A DNA stretch of 64,000 bases, from assembly GCA_963712305.1 (NCBI GenBank), contig CAVQHI010000001.1, forward strand, positions 181,383 to 245,382, read 5' to 3'. Source of the DNA: an uncultured bacterium (GTDB lineage Bacteria; Bacteroidota; Rhodothermia; Balneolales; DATFMH01). How positions within the stretch are numbered: the first letter of the stretch is position 1; every line of letters starts with the position of its first letter. Position numbers and translations under genes: made by a program. Below are positions 19,020 through 28,180 of this stretch, piece after piece. Below the pieces are notes generated by a model that ran no database searches, was not told where the DNA came from, and saw only the letters and a list, made by a program, of their open reading frames with translations.

Positions 19020-19047
19020 TCACAACACATGGTATAGTGCATACATG
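19020..19047 (+). repeat. Orphan attC-like top-arm half-site
   Basis: TCACAAC-ACATGGTATAGTGCATACATG shares CAAC plus an 11-nt run GTATAGTGCAT with the top arm of site 1. No complementary bottom arm or GTTRRRY box follows. Confidence 0.35.
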
Positions 19048-19111
19048 TCTTAGAGGTTTTTGAATACCTTTCCGGACCAGGCCTCACAAACGAAAGCTAA
19101 AATCCAAGAGA

Positions 19112-19828
19112 ATGACAGAAAAAACAGAGAAGTTAGACAACTATTTAGATATCCATTACATACACAGAAGTAATTGGTTAAGAGCAGCTGTTCTTGGTGC
19201 TAATGATGGAATTTTATCAACAGCAAGTCTTGCCATTGGAGTCGCAGCAGCTACTCATTTAAGAGAGCCTATAATTCTCGCTACTTTGGCTGGATTAGTT
19301 GCCGGAGCTTTATCTATGGCCGCTGGAGAATATGTTTCTGTAAGTTCTCAAACAGATGTGGAAAAAGCTGACGTTGAGCGTGAAAAACAAGAACTGAATG
19401 AAATGCCCGAAATTGAATTGCATCGATTAGCAGATATCTATGAAAAAAGAGGATTGAAAAAAGAAACGGCTCTGACGGTAGCTAAAGAATTATCAGAACA
19501 CGATGTATTAGGAGCACATGTCAGAGATGAATTAGGAATTAATGAAATTAGTCAGGCTAAGCCGATACAGGCTGCCTTGGCATCTGGCGCATCATTTACT
19601 GTAGGAGGTATTTTGCCTCTAATGGTAACTCTATTTTTACCGTTAGTAAGTATGGAGTATTCTCTATATGGATTTGCCCTTTTCTTCCTGATTATTTTGG
19701 GTGCCTTAGCTGCAAAAACAGGAGGTTCAAGTATAAAGAAAGCAGTTATTAGAATAACATTTTGGGGAACGGTCGCTATGGGATTGACCGCTTTAGTTGG
19801 ATATTTCTTTAACGTGAATATTGGATAA
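19112..19828 (+). CDS. VIT1/CCC1-family iron/manganese transporter
   Basis: NWLRAAVLGANDGILSTASLAIGVAAA, a central cytoplasmic helical region, and C-terminal TM helices. Confidence 0.85.
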   Translation: MTEKTEKLDNYLDIHYIHRSNWLRAAVLGANDGILSTASLAIGVAAATHLREPIILATLAGLVAGALSMAAGEYVSVSSQTDVEKADVEREKQELNEMPEIELHRLADIYEKRGLKKETALTVAKELSEHDVLGAHVRDELGINEISQAKPIQAALASGASFTVGGILPLMVTLFLPLVSMEYSLYGFALFFLIILGALAAKTGGSSIKKAVIRITFWGTVAMGLTALVGYFFNVNIG

Positions 19829-19849
19829 TTATATCATGAAGTTAATAAA

Positions 19850-21007
19850 ATGAAACTTACCCGACTATTTAACGAGTTTTTTGACAGCGAGAAATCGGGT
19901 GGCATTTTGCTGATCTGTTGCACAGCCGTTTCGCTTTTACTTGCAAACTTTTTCCTCAAGGACAGCTATATCCAGTTGTGGCACTTTCAAATTGGCGGAC
20001 AAACATTAACACATTGGATTAATGACGGACTGATGACTGTTTTCTTTTTGCTCATCGGTCTGGAACTTGAACGGGAAATTTACATCGGAGAACTTACAAG
20101 TTTAAAGAACGCATCGCTTCCAATTTTTGCGGCGCTTGGTGGTATGCTTGTTCCGGCTGGACTTTTTTTACTGTTCAACTTCGGCACAGCAACACAAGCA
20201 GGTGCAGGTATTCCAATGGCTACGGACATCGCATTTGCAATCGGCATACTTTCTCTTCTCGGTAATCGTATTCCTGCATCACTTAAAATTTTACTAACAG
20301 CAATAGCAGTTATTGACGACTTGGGGGCAATCATTGTCATTGCAGTATTTTACACAAGTTCATTAGCCTTCACCAATTTGTTTTTAGCAATTGGCATTTT
20401 CGGACTGTTGCTAATCTTAAACCGATTGAAAGTTAACAACCTTATTCCATATCTCATTGGTGGAGTAGCAATGTGGTATTTTATGCTTCATTCAGGAGTG
20501 CATCCAACAATCACAGGAGTCTTGTTGGCATTTACAATTCCTTTTGGTGACGGAGGTGAAAAATCGCCTTCTTTCAATCTGCAACATTGGCTTCACAAAC
20601 CTGTTGCGTTTTTCATTTTACCCTTGTTTGCATTAGCTAACACTTGCATCAGCATTGACAGCGGTTGGCAGGCAGGCTTAACCCAATCAAACAGTATTGG
20701 AATTTTTGCAGGGCTTATAGTTGGCAAACCGCTTGGAATTTTTCTTTTCGGTTTCATAACTGTTTCGCTTGGACTTAGCACATTGCCAGAGGACTTGAAA
20801 TGGAAACAAATTATTGGTGTGGGACTTCTTGCCGGAATTGGTTTTACGATGTCAATCTTTATTACGCTACTTGCGTTTGACAATCCCGAACTAATCACTC
20901 AATCAAAAATTACAATCCTGATTGCCTCATTTCTTGCAGGAGCACTTGGGTATTTATGGCTTCGCATGACGCTAACAGAACAAATTACAACGACAGACAT
21001 TGAATGA
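19850..21007 (+). CDS. nhaA: Na+/H+ antiporter NhaA
   Basis: GGILLICCTAVSLLLAN, INDGLMTVFFLLIGLELEREI, AVIDDLGAIIVIA; polytopic, 385 aa. Confidence 0.9.
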   Translation: MKLTRLFNEFFDSEKSGGILLICCTAVSLLLANFFLKDSYIQLWHFQIGGQTLTHWINDGLMTVFFLLIGLELEREIYIGELTSLKNASLPIFAALGGMLVPAGLFLLFNFGTATQAGAGIPMATDIAFAIGILSLLGNRIPASLKILLTAIAVIDDLGAIIVIAVFYTSSLAFTNLFLAIGIFGLLLILNRLKVNNLIPYLIGGVAMWYFMLHSGVHPTITGVLLAFTIPFGDGGEKSPSFNLQHWLHKPVAFFILPLFALANTCISIDSGWQAGLTQSNSIGIFAGLIVGKPLGIFLFGFITVSLGLSTLPEDLKWKQIIGVGLLAGIGFTMSIFITLLAFDNPELITQSKITILIASFLAGALGYLWLRMTLTEQITTTDIE

Positions 21008-21260
21008 ATCCGGGTGTTAGGGAGGAACCGTTAATACATGAACCGTTTTAACGGTTTCTGGTGGTCCGGATATACGCCTGTATATGTAAAATCAGCATTT
21101 ATGCAGGCTGTCTTATCTCGAACTCACGTTAAAATGCTGAACCTTTCACATGCGTGATCGTTGATTATCTGGGAAACAGAGGATGAGATAGCAGCATCAC
21201 AGCGAGTCCGAAAATCGCTGTACAATCGCCCGTGCTCTTCAAAAAACCTTCTTCTCTATG

Positions 21261-22262
21261 CTATCCACGATATTTCTGAACATACCAGCGAACGGTCTCT
21301 CCCAGGTTGGTGTCAAAGTCATGCTCCTTTTCCCAGCCCAGCTCCATCTCGATCTTATTAGGGTCGATGGCATATCGCAGATCATGGCCCGGACGGTCAG
21401 TGACGAAGGTTATCAGGTTTTTGTAATCCCCGTCTGGTCCTTCACCAACGATCTTGTTCAGCTGATCGGCTATCTTGCGAACGAGCTCGATATTCATCCA
21501 CTCGTTATGTCCGCCGATATTGTACGTCTCGCCGGGACGTCCCTTATGGAATACCAGGTCCAATGCCCGGCAATGGTCCTTCACATACAGCCAGTCGCGG
21601 ATATTTTCCCCCTTCCCATACACAGGGATGGATTTACCTGCCAGCGCTGTACGGATGACCGTTGGGATGAGTTTCTCATCATGTTGATTCGGGCCAAAAT
21701 TGTTGGAACAATTGGTCGTCACAGCATTTAAACCGTAGGTATGATGATACGCCCTTACCAGGAAATCACTGCTGGCTTTCGTTGCCGAATATGGTGAGTT
21801 TGGGGCATATGGAGTATGTTCGGTAAAGTACCCCTCCTTGCCAAGTGACCCATAGACTTCGTCAGTAGAGACGTGGTGAAACCGGAATTTTTCCAGTGGC
21901 TGCTCACTATTGGTCCAGCTTTGACGGCACTCTTCCAACAGATTGAAGGTCCCGACTACATTTGAAAGTACAAATGGCTCCGGACCGGAGATAGAATTAT
22001 CGACGTGGGATTCCGCCGCAAGATGTATGATCGCATCCGGTTGAAAGCGCAGGAACACATCCCGAAGAGCTGCCCTGTCAGTAATATCAATTTTCCTGAA
22101 GGTATAATTATTGTGATCCTTCACTTTATTGAGATACGCCGGATTGGAGGCATAGGTGAGTTTGTCGATATTCAGAATTTTGTAGTCAGGATACTTCTCG
22201 ATCAGATATGTGATAAGGTTCGAACCGATAAAACCGGCTCCTCCGGTAATGACTATATTCAT
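21261..22262 (-). CDS. rfbB: dTDP-glucose 4,6-dehydratase
   Basis: MNIVITGGAGFIGSN...HLAAESHVDNS...YSATKASSDFLVRAY. Confidence 0.93.
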   Translation of the reverse strand: MNIVITGGAGFIGSNLITYLIEKYPDYKILNIDKLTYASNPAYLNKVKDHNNYTFRKIDITDRAALRDVFLRFQPDAIIHLAAESHVDNSISGPEPFVLSNVVGTFNLLEECRQSWTNSEQPLEKFRFHHVSTDEVYGSLGKEGYFTEHTPYAPNSPYSATKASSDFLVRAYHHTYGLNAVTTNCSNNFGPNQHDEKLIPTVIRTALAGKSIPVYGKGENIRDWLYVKDHCRALDLVFHKGRPGETYNIGGHNEWMNIELVRKIADQLNKIVGEGPDGDYKNLITFVTDRPGHDLRYAIDPNKIEMELGWEKEHDFDTNLGETVRWYVQKYRG

Positions 22263-22271
22263 TGCTTTTTA

Positions 22272-22435
22272 TTTTAAATGACTATCCGTAATCAATACAA
22301 TTTCGTATAAATCCTTATTGGTTCACTCAATAAAGCCACAGAAACACTCCAAAAACTTCGGGACTCCGTGTATCTCCGTGCCTCTCTGCGGCAATTTATG
22401 CATGTGGCGCAATTGCGGATACTCCTATTATTATA
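22272..22435. repeat. MITE-like element filling the rfbC-rfbB spacer (family member 2, both termini present)
   Basis: Left end ATTTTAAATGACTATCCGTAAT at 22272-22293. Right end GCGCAATTGCGGATACTCCT at 22407-22426. The interior TCTGCGGCAATTTATGCATGTGGCGCAATTGCGGATA is the reverse complement of 47181-47217. Confidence 0.6.
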
Positions 22436-22988
22436 TTTGGGATAACGGCAAATCTGATGCTTCAACATCTTTAATTTTCGGCAGTTTCTGGTCTTTGGCC
22501 GATACAATCGGATCAAACGTCTTATCCCAGGGTATGTCCAAATCAGGATCCTGCCAGTTAACCCCACGTTCACCCTCAGGAAAATAATAATCGCTGCATT
22601 TATATTGAAAAAGCGCCTCATCCGAGAGGACCTGGAATCCATGAGCAAATCCTACGGGAATATAGAGCAAATATTTGTTCTCATCCGATATTTCCACAGC
22701 CACATGTTTCCCATAAGTCCGGGAACCTTTTCGGAGATCTACGGCCACGTCAATTACTCTTCCACGGGGAACCATCACCAACTTTGCCTGCGGTTTTCTC
22801 ACCTGGTAATGCAACCCCCGTATGGTACCTTTCTGCGATTTTGAAAAATTATCCTGTACGAATGGAGGAAGCCCGTTCTCGGTAAACGACGACGAGCGGT
22901 AGGTCTCCATAAAAAAACCCCGTTCATCGCCAAATATGCGAGGTTTTATCAGAATTACTTCTGGAATATTTGTCTTTACAAATTCCAT
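22431..22988 (-). CDS. rfbC: dTDP-4-dehydrorhamnose 3,5-epimerase
   Basis: FGDERGFFMETY...GTIRGLHYQ...KLVMVPRGRVIDVAVDLR...PVGFAHGF. Confidence 0.93.
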   Translation of the reverse strand: MEFVKTNIPEVILIKPRIFGDERGFFMETYRSSSFTENGLPPFVQDNFSKSQKGTIRGLHYQVRKPQAKLVMVPRGRVIDVAVDLRKGSRTYGKHVAVEISDENKYLLYIPVGFAHGFQVLSDEALFQYKCSDYYFPEGERGVNWQDPDLDIPWDKTFDPIVSAKDQKLPKIKDVEASDLPLSQI

Positions 22989-23039
22989 ATTACTATTGGG
23001 TGATTCGGCAGTTAACAGTAGAAAATTACACAGATCCCG

Positions 23040-23930
23040 TCATTCATTTTCGATGGGATCGTCTAAGGCATCAACGAGCTTGGCCAGTCCGGCTTTCCAG
23101 TCTTCTATGATGGCCCCGTCAACCGTTTTTAGCTTTTCGATGCATAGTTTTGAAAAACGGGGACGCGGCGCAGGCGTTGGAAATGCTTCTGTTGGTATCG
23201 AGTGAACCGGAATCTGTATGTTATTTAATCTCAACGTCTCGCATGCCAGATCGTACCAGCTTAAGAATCCATCAGAGGTGATATTCCAGGTCCCGGTCTT
23301 CCCTTTTTGCATCAAGAGCCAGCTATTGGCTACCACATTTGGAGTAAAAGAAGGTGATCCGTATTGATCCCCGACAACACGCAGTTCAGGCCTTTCCTTC
23401 CCCAAACGAATCATGGTCTTTACGAAGTTGTTCCCAAATGCTCCGCACAGCCAGGATATACGCAATACGAGATGATTTCCACCGGTCTTTCGCATCGCCT
23501 CTTCCCCCTTCCATTTGGAGAGCCCGTAGACATTGATCGGATCAGCCGGCGCATCCTCGGGATAGCCATCCGGATATTTCTTCTGATCCTCAGATGTCCC
23601 TGCAAATACGTAATCTGTCGAATAGTGAACAAGTGTAATTCCACGCTTTTCGCATGATTTACTCATGTTCGCAACAGCATCGGCATTTACAGAAAAGACG
23701 ACCTCATTTTCCGACTCTGCCCGATCCACCTGGGTATATGCCGAAGCATTAATTACGAATTGCGGCTGATCCTTGTCCAGGATCGAACGAACGGCCTCAT
23801 AATCGGTAATATCGAGCGTTGCAATCGTATATGGCTTGAAAGGAATGTCGTGCTTATTAAGAAAATACGTCCACTCCGTACCTAACTGCCCGTCCGCTCC
23901 AATAAGTACAACTGTGATATCGGACATCAT
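23040..23930 (-). CDS. rfbD: dTDP-4-dehydrorhamnose reductase
   Basis: VLIGADGQLG...INASAYTQVDRAESE...HYSTDYVF...YGLSKWKGE; 4-nt overlap with the upstream gene. Confidence 0.9.
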   Translation of the reverse strand: MMSDITVVLIGADGQLGTEWTYFLNKHDIPFKPYTIATLDITDYEAVRSILDKDQPQFVINASAYTQVDRAESENEVVFSVNADAVANMSKSCEKRGITLVHYSTDYVFAGTSEDQKKYPDGYPEDAPADPINVYGLSKWKGEEAMRKTGGNHLVLRISWLCGAFGNNFVKTMIRLGKERPELRVVGDQYGSPSFTPNVVANSWLLMQKGKTGTWNITSDGFLSWYDLACETLRLNNIQIPVHSIPTEAFPTPAPRPRFSKLCIEKLKTVDGAIIEDWKAGLAKLVDALDDPIENE

Positions 23931-24643
23931 TCCGATTTATTATGCTCAGACACGTACTGGTTGGCAACACGATAGGAAGAATGCGTTCCCGCATCTGTCC
24001 ACCAGCCATCAAGTACGGAATAACGCATGGCATTCTGTCTGATGTACTCGTTATTTACATCCGTTATTTCCAGCTCTCCACGACCGGATGGCTTAAGAGT
24101 ATGGATGATATCAAATACCTTATGATCATAAAAATAGATCCCGGTTACGCAAAATTCTGATTTGGGATCATCGGGTTTTTCCTCGATTCCGATAATCTTA
24201 TCCCCTTGTAGTTCGGGAACACCATAGCGTGTAGGATCAGGAACCTGTTTGATAAGGATTTGGGCCCCGCTGCCGGGATACTGCTCAGCTGCAGGCTGAA
24301 GTGACGTCTGGAAGATATTATCCCCTAGAATGACAATCATGTCATCGTCTCCGACAAAATTTTCTGCCAGGCTGAGGGCCTGGGCAATTCCACCGGCTTC
24401 ATCCTGCACTTTGTAGGTAAACCGGCATCCGAAATCTTTACCGGAACCCAAAAGACTGACAACGTCACCCATGTGGTCGGTTCCGGTTACAATCAGTATT
24501 TCTTCTATCCCACACTCCAGCAACCGATCAATGGGATAGTAAATCATGGGCTTTTCACCAATTGGCAACAAGTGCTTATTGGTAACTTTTGTAAGCGGAT
24601 ACAGTCTGGAACCCGTACCGCCGGCAAGGATAATTCCCTTCAT
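23927..24643 (-). CDS. rfbA: Glucose-1-phosphate thymidylyltransferase (short ~240-aa form)
   Basis: MKGIILAGGTGSRLYPLTKVTNKHLLPIGEKPMIYYPI..., in an rfb context. Confidence 0.8.
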   Translation of the reverse strand: MKGIILAGGTGSRLYPLTKVTNKHLLPIGEKPMIYYPIDRLLECGIEEILIVTGTDHMGDVVSLLGSGKDFGCRFTYKVQDEAGGIAQALSLAENFVGDDDMIVILGDNIFQTSLQPAAEQYPGSGAQILIKQVPDPTRYGVPELQGDKIIGIEEKPDDPKSEFCVTGIYFYDHKVFDIIHTLKPSGRGELEITDVNNEYIRQNAMRYSVLDGWWTDAGTHSSYRVANQYVSEHNKSE

Positions 24644-24718
24644 ATACGCAACTATTTAATTCTAAGCTTTTACAGGTTGTGATATTACAGTATTTCGAAC
24701 ACCTATAAAAATAATTAT

Positions 24719-25504
24719 TCACAATGTTATCGTTGGCAAACCAGCTTTATCCCAAACAACGTTGAGAGTTCTGGCTATTGTCTTTTTTAGCTGGTTCCAA
24801 ACTGGTTCATCCTTATCCCCGGCGTATTTTTGGTTCACTTCAAGCTCAATCCCACAATAACGATCCATGCCGAATTGTTTTCTTAAATAGGTGGTAAAAC
24901 CATCGGATTTCCCCAGGTACGGATAATTTCTCCTGACGATCCACTTCCCATCATATTCATTGATCTCCTTCTTCCATAACGCAGCCATTCTGCTTTCACG
25001 TGAACTGGCGGGATCATAAAGAATACCGATATCGGCCAAACGCTCATTATCCTCAAGCACCGGGGTAAATGAATGTATGGATACGTGAAAGACAAAATTT
25101 TCGGGTGATGTCATTTCTAATGCATTCGCTATCTGCCGCTGCACATTGATTCGAAAGGGAAGATAAAAATTATTGATGATTTCACCTTTCTCTCTGCGAG
25201 ATAAATCATTAGTAAATCCGGAGAACACCTTCTTGTGCCCTATTGATCGATTTACTTCCACCAATAATCTTGTGAATGGATATACAAATACAGGCACCTG
25301 AATCTCACGTGTTACCAACATTGTGAGGTTAAGAGCACCGATATCAAACCCTCGATGAGAATTCAATATGTGATCGTAACCTTCAAAGAGAGGCTTGTAC
25401 ATCTCTGGCACATGATTGCCGGCATGTTCACAAGTAATTATCAGATGCGGTTTAGTCCGCTGATAGCTGGATTCCATTTGCGAGACAGTCGCATAATTGA
25501 CCAT
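24719..25504 (-). CDS. N-formylglutamate amidohydrolase-family protein (FGase-like amidohydrolase)
   Basis: HLIITCEHAGNHVPE...NSHRGFDIGA...SIHSFTP. The start may be the internal Met (MESSYQ), because the annotated start overlaps the upstream gene by 53 nt. Confidence 0.75.
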   Translation of the reverse strand: MVNYATVSQMESSYQRTKPHLIITCEHAGNHVPEMYKPLFEGYDHILNSHRGFDIGALNLTMLVTREIQVPVFVYPFTRLLVEVNRSIGHKKVFSGFTNDLSRREKGEIINNFYLPFRINVQRQIANALEMTSPENFVFHVSIHSFTPVLEDNERLADIGILYDPASSRESRMAALWKKEINEYDGKWIVRRNYPYLGKSDGFTTYLRKQFGMDRYCGIELEVNQKYAGDKDEPVWNQLKKTIARTLNVVWDKAGLPTITL

Positions 25505-26717
25505 AAAGCTTTTTCAAATCATTTTTTCCCGGGGTTGACGACAAACGTCTGAGAATACGCGTAGACAAGGTCCCTTCATTAAATATAACTTTCAGTGACT
25601 GGTGTAACGGTGAAACAGATTGTTCGAAGTCTTTGTAAACCTTTGTGGCAATGTGCCGCCATAAATCACCGGCAGTTACTGATTCACCTTCAATACCAAA
25701 CAATCTCAAATATGAAATATTATCAATAGCAGTTTCTTCCGCATCTTGAATAGTACTCATCAGAACAAGATACAAATCCTTTTCATCCTGATTTTTCTGA
25801 TACTCATAGGTGCTCCACTTTTCCTGTGTCAAAGCCCTGACCGTGTCGATGACAAGGCTGACAATTGCCAAATCTGCCAAAGGGCATTCTTGTATATCCA
25901 GTAATCGTATTTCAATTGCATTCCGATCAAACCTGGCAATGGCTCCCCGTGAATTCAACCACTCATCCTGCAGTGTCTTTTCCGGATCAAACGGAGTGAT
26001 GTCGCGATACATCCGCTGAAAGATCTCCTTATCATAATCATCGCGGGTAAAAACTCTTTCAGGAATCATCCAGCCGGTAATCGATGGAATCTTTATGGCA
26101 TTGTTCCGGTATACCTCCAACCGGAAGTCAGCAAGTCCGGTCTGTCCGCCATCGGCTATAGGTGAACTCGCGGCAAGGGCTGGCAAAAGAGGTAAAACAA
26201 GACGAATGGCAGCATGTAATCGCCCAAATTCGTCGTCACCGTTAAATGGGAGATTAATATGTGTACTCTGCAAATTTGCCCAGCCATGACCTTTGCAGTT
26301 GAAGATACGATCATAGGCTTCATAAATGGGATTGTATTCGTGCGGCCAGAGATGCATCTCATTCCACGGGTCCATCCACGGATGCATGGCTGTCGGCATT
26401 AATCTTGCACTAAATGCTTCAAGACGCTCATTTATTTCGTTGACATGATTCTGAAACGCCTGAGGCAGAGGTTCGAGTGACTTGGCAGGTCCCTTGGTCT
26501 TTAGTTCGACCACGTGCAGAACAAGTTCATTAGACCAGGCTATTTCGCCGCGTTCCACCTCAGAGATGTATGATCCTGCAACAGACTTTAGTAGTTCATC
26601 TGTAATCGGCTTAATATCCAGCGTCTCGCGGTCGACGATCATATATTCCAACTCTACCCCAAAAGCTTCAAATAAATGGAGTATCCGGCCTTTTTTCGCT
26701 TCCGTCTCGATGATCAA
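25452..26717 (-). CDS. GCS2-type carboxylate-amine ligase (glutamate-cysteine ligase family 2-like)
   Basis: FGVELEYMIVD..., HINLPF, IEIRLLD; about 420 aa. Confidence 0.75.
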   Translation of the reverse strand: MIIETEAKKGRILHLFEAFGVELEYMIVDRETLDIKPITDELLKSVAGSYISEVERGEIAWSNELVLHVVELKTKGPAKSLEPLPQAFQNHVNEINERLEAFSARLMPTAMHPWMDPWNEMHLWPHEYNPIYEAYDRIFNCKGHGWANLQSTHINLPFNGDDEFGRLHAAIRLVLPLLPALAASSPIADGGQTGLADFRLEVYRNNAIKIPSITGWMIPERVFTRDDYDKEIFQRMYRDITPFDPEKTLQDEWLNSRGAIARFDRNAIEIRLLDIQECPLADLAIVSLVIDTVRALTQEKWSTYEYQKNQDEKDLYLVLMSTIQDAEETAIDNISYLRLFGIEGESVTAGDLWRHIATKVYKDFEQSVSPLHQSLKVIFNEGTLSTRILRRLSSTPGKNDLKKLYGQLCDCLANGIQLSAD

Positions 26718-28174
26718 CTCCTTTCCTTTTTCTGTTCAACTCTCCTGATGAAGACTTCCATAATTCGTTTGTAAAGCCGGTCTTTTATTACAGCATCTTC
26801 AAAACCGGATTCAATACTGGGATTGTCATTTACTTCGATAACATAACACTCATCATCCACCATCTTAAGATCTACTCCATAGAGCCCATCTCCAATCAGG
26901 TTTGCCGCTTTAAGCGCGGTCTTCACCACTTTCGATGGGGCCTCCTCTACCGTCAGGGTATCCACTTTACCTGAAAATGTTTTGCCTGGTTCTGTCCGGT
27001 CGTAGATTTGCCAGTGCTTGCGTGCCATGTGGTACTTACACACGTAAAGCGGCTGCTGATCGATGATGCCCACACGCCAGTCGTACGATGTCGGCAAAAA
27101 TTCCTGGGCAATGACCAGTTCAGACTTATTCAGCAATTCATCCAGATTCTTTTCCAGTTCGGACTCGTCCACTACTTTAACAACACCTTGTGAAAATGAA
27201 CTGTCAGGCTGTTTCAGGATAATGGGGAAACCAAGATGAGTTGCCAGATTTTCCGTGTTGTCTTTATGGACAATCACGGTTTTAGGCGTTTTTACATTAT
27301 GCCGTGTGAGCAACTCTGCCAGGTAAACCTTATTCGTACATTTGAGGATAGATTCCGGATCGTCAATAACAACCAATCCTTCCATGGCAGCTCTTCGGGC
27401 AAAACGATAGGTGTGATGGTTCACATTTGTCGTCTCACGAATGAAAAGCGCGTCAAATTCTGCCAGCCTGCCATAATCATCTTTCTGAATCAATTCTGTC
27501 GAAAACCCCATCTGTTCGGCGGCCTTCATAAATCGCTGAAGCGCCTTATCATCAGATGGAGGAAATTCTTCGGATGGATTATAGAGTACAGCCAAATCAA
27601 ATCGGCTGCTCTTCTTCCTGGCGATAGTGGCGTGCCGGCGCGTGAAGTAATCCTGCGCCATATCCACTAAAAAAGGTTTGTGATCTTCGGGAATTTCATT
27701 CAATGAGATCGGACCTATATTCTGTAGTGTCCACTTCTGCGTTTTGACAAAATAGGCCCTGAGAAGAGGCGATTGAAATTGTCGATACAATTCCTGGCAC
27801 AGGTGATCGTAGCGTTTGGCAACGTTCCGGCCGAAGTATATGCTAAGAGTAAATCGGTCGGATTGGATAGGTTTGAGATTTTTCTGTATCAGTTCATCCA
27901 ATTCATCCGATACAAACCGGACCATCGTCGGCGATTTCAGGTCTTGTATGGTTACCACATTCGGCAGAGGTTTATGACCACGGGCCGCAGCCAGTAGTGA
28001 TACATAGTAGCCCAGGCTCTGATAGCGGTATGATTTATTGAGGTTGAAGACTTTTGCATTTTTAAGATTCGTGTAGGCAGAATCCGTCAAATATGCACGC
28101 GCCGATACAATAGACACGTCCGGAACGTCAAGTGGCCAGTCCTTTGGGTTATTTACGACGATCAATATTTGCAT
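26714..28174 (-). CDS. RimK-like ATP-grasp amidoligase with an extended N-terminal (RLAN-type) domain
   Basis: C-terminal ATP-grasp: FPIILKQPDSSFSQGV, IAQEFLPTSYDWRVGII, YVIEVNDNPSIE. A ~200-aa N-terminal domain precedes it. ATGA overlap with the downstream gene. Confidence 0.8.
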   Translation of the reverse strand: MQILIVVNNPKDWPLDVPDVSIVSARAYLTDSAYTNLKNAKVFNLNKSYRYQSLGYYVSLLAAARGHKPLPNVVTIQDLKSPTMVRFVSDELDELIQKNLKPIQSDRFTLSIYFGRNVAKRYDHLCQELYRQFQSPLLRAYFVKTQKWTLQNIGPISLNEIPEDHKPFLVDMAQDYFTRRHATIARKKSSRFDLAVLYNPSEEFPPSDDKALQRFMKAAEQMGFSTELIQKDDYGRLAEFDALFIRETTNVNHHTYRFARRAAMEGLVVIDDPESILKCTNKVYLAELLTRHNVKTPKTVIVHKDNTENLATHLGFPIILKQPDSSFSQGVVKVVDESELEKNLDELLNKSELVIAQEFLPTSYDWRVGIIDQQPLYVCKYHMARKHWQIYDRTEPGKTFSGKVDTLTVEEAPSKVVKTALKAANLIGDGLYGVDLKMVDDECYVIEVNDNPSIESGFEDAVIKDRLYKRIMEVFIRRVEQKKERS

Positions 28175-28180
28175 GATACA

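Larger units (their letters stand above)
12767..19047. mobile_element. Integron-like island: divergent tyrosine recombinase, attI-like junction, and at least 3 co-oriented gene cassettes ending in attC-like hairpins
   Basis: See the individual features. The region is visibly more AT-rich than its flanks, and cassette ORFs are all on the + strand. The hairpins overlap or lie within 26 nt of the last stop codon of each cassette. Confidence 0.6.

Noticed and set aside
12590-21110. Shared TTATGCAGG 9-mer at ~12596 and ~21100 as direct repeats flanking the island
   Set aside because: A single 9-nt match between two ~250-nt regions is within chance expectation, roughly a one-in-four probability by a simple estimate. 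There is no extended similarity around it.
21138-21166. CACATGCGTGATCGTTGATT as the missing bottom arm of the orphan attC half-site at 19020
   Set aside because: Complementarity to the 19020 arm is weak. The box GTTGATT deviates from GTTRRRY. A 2-kb insertion splitting a site is not a known integron outcome.
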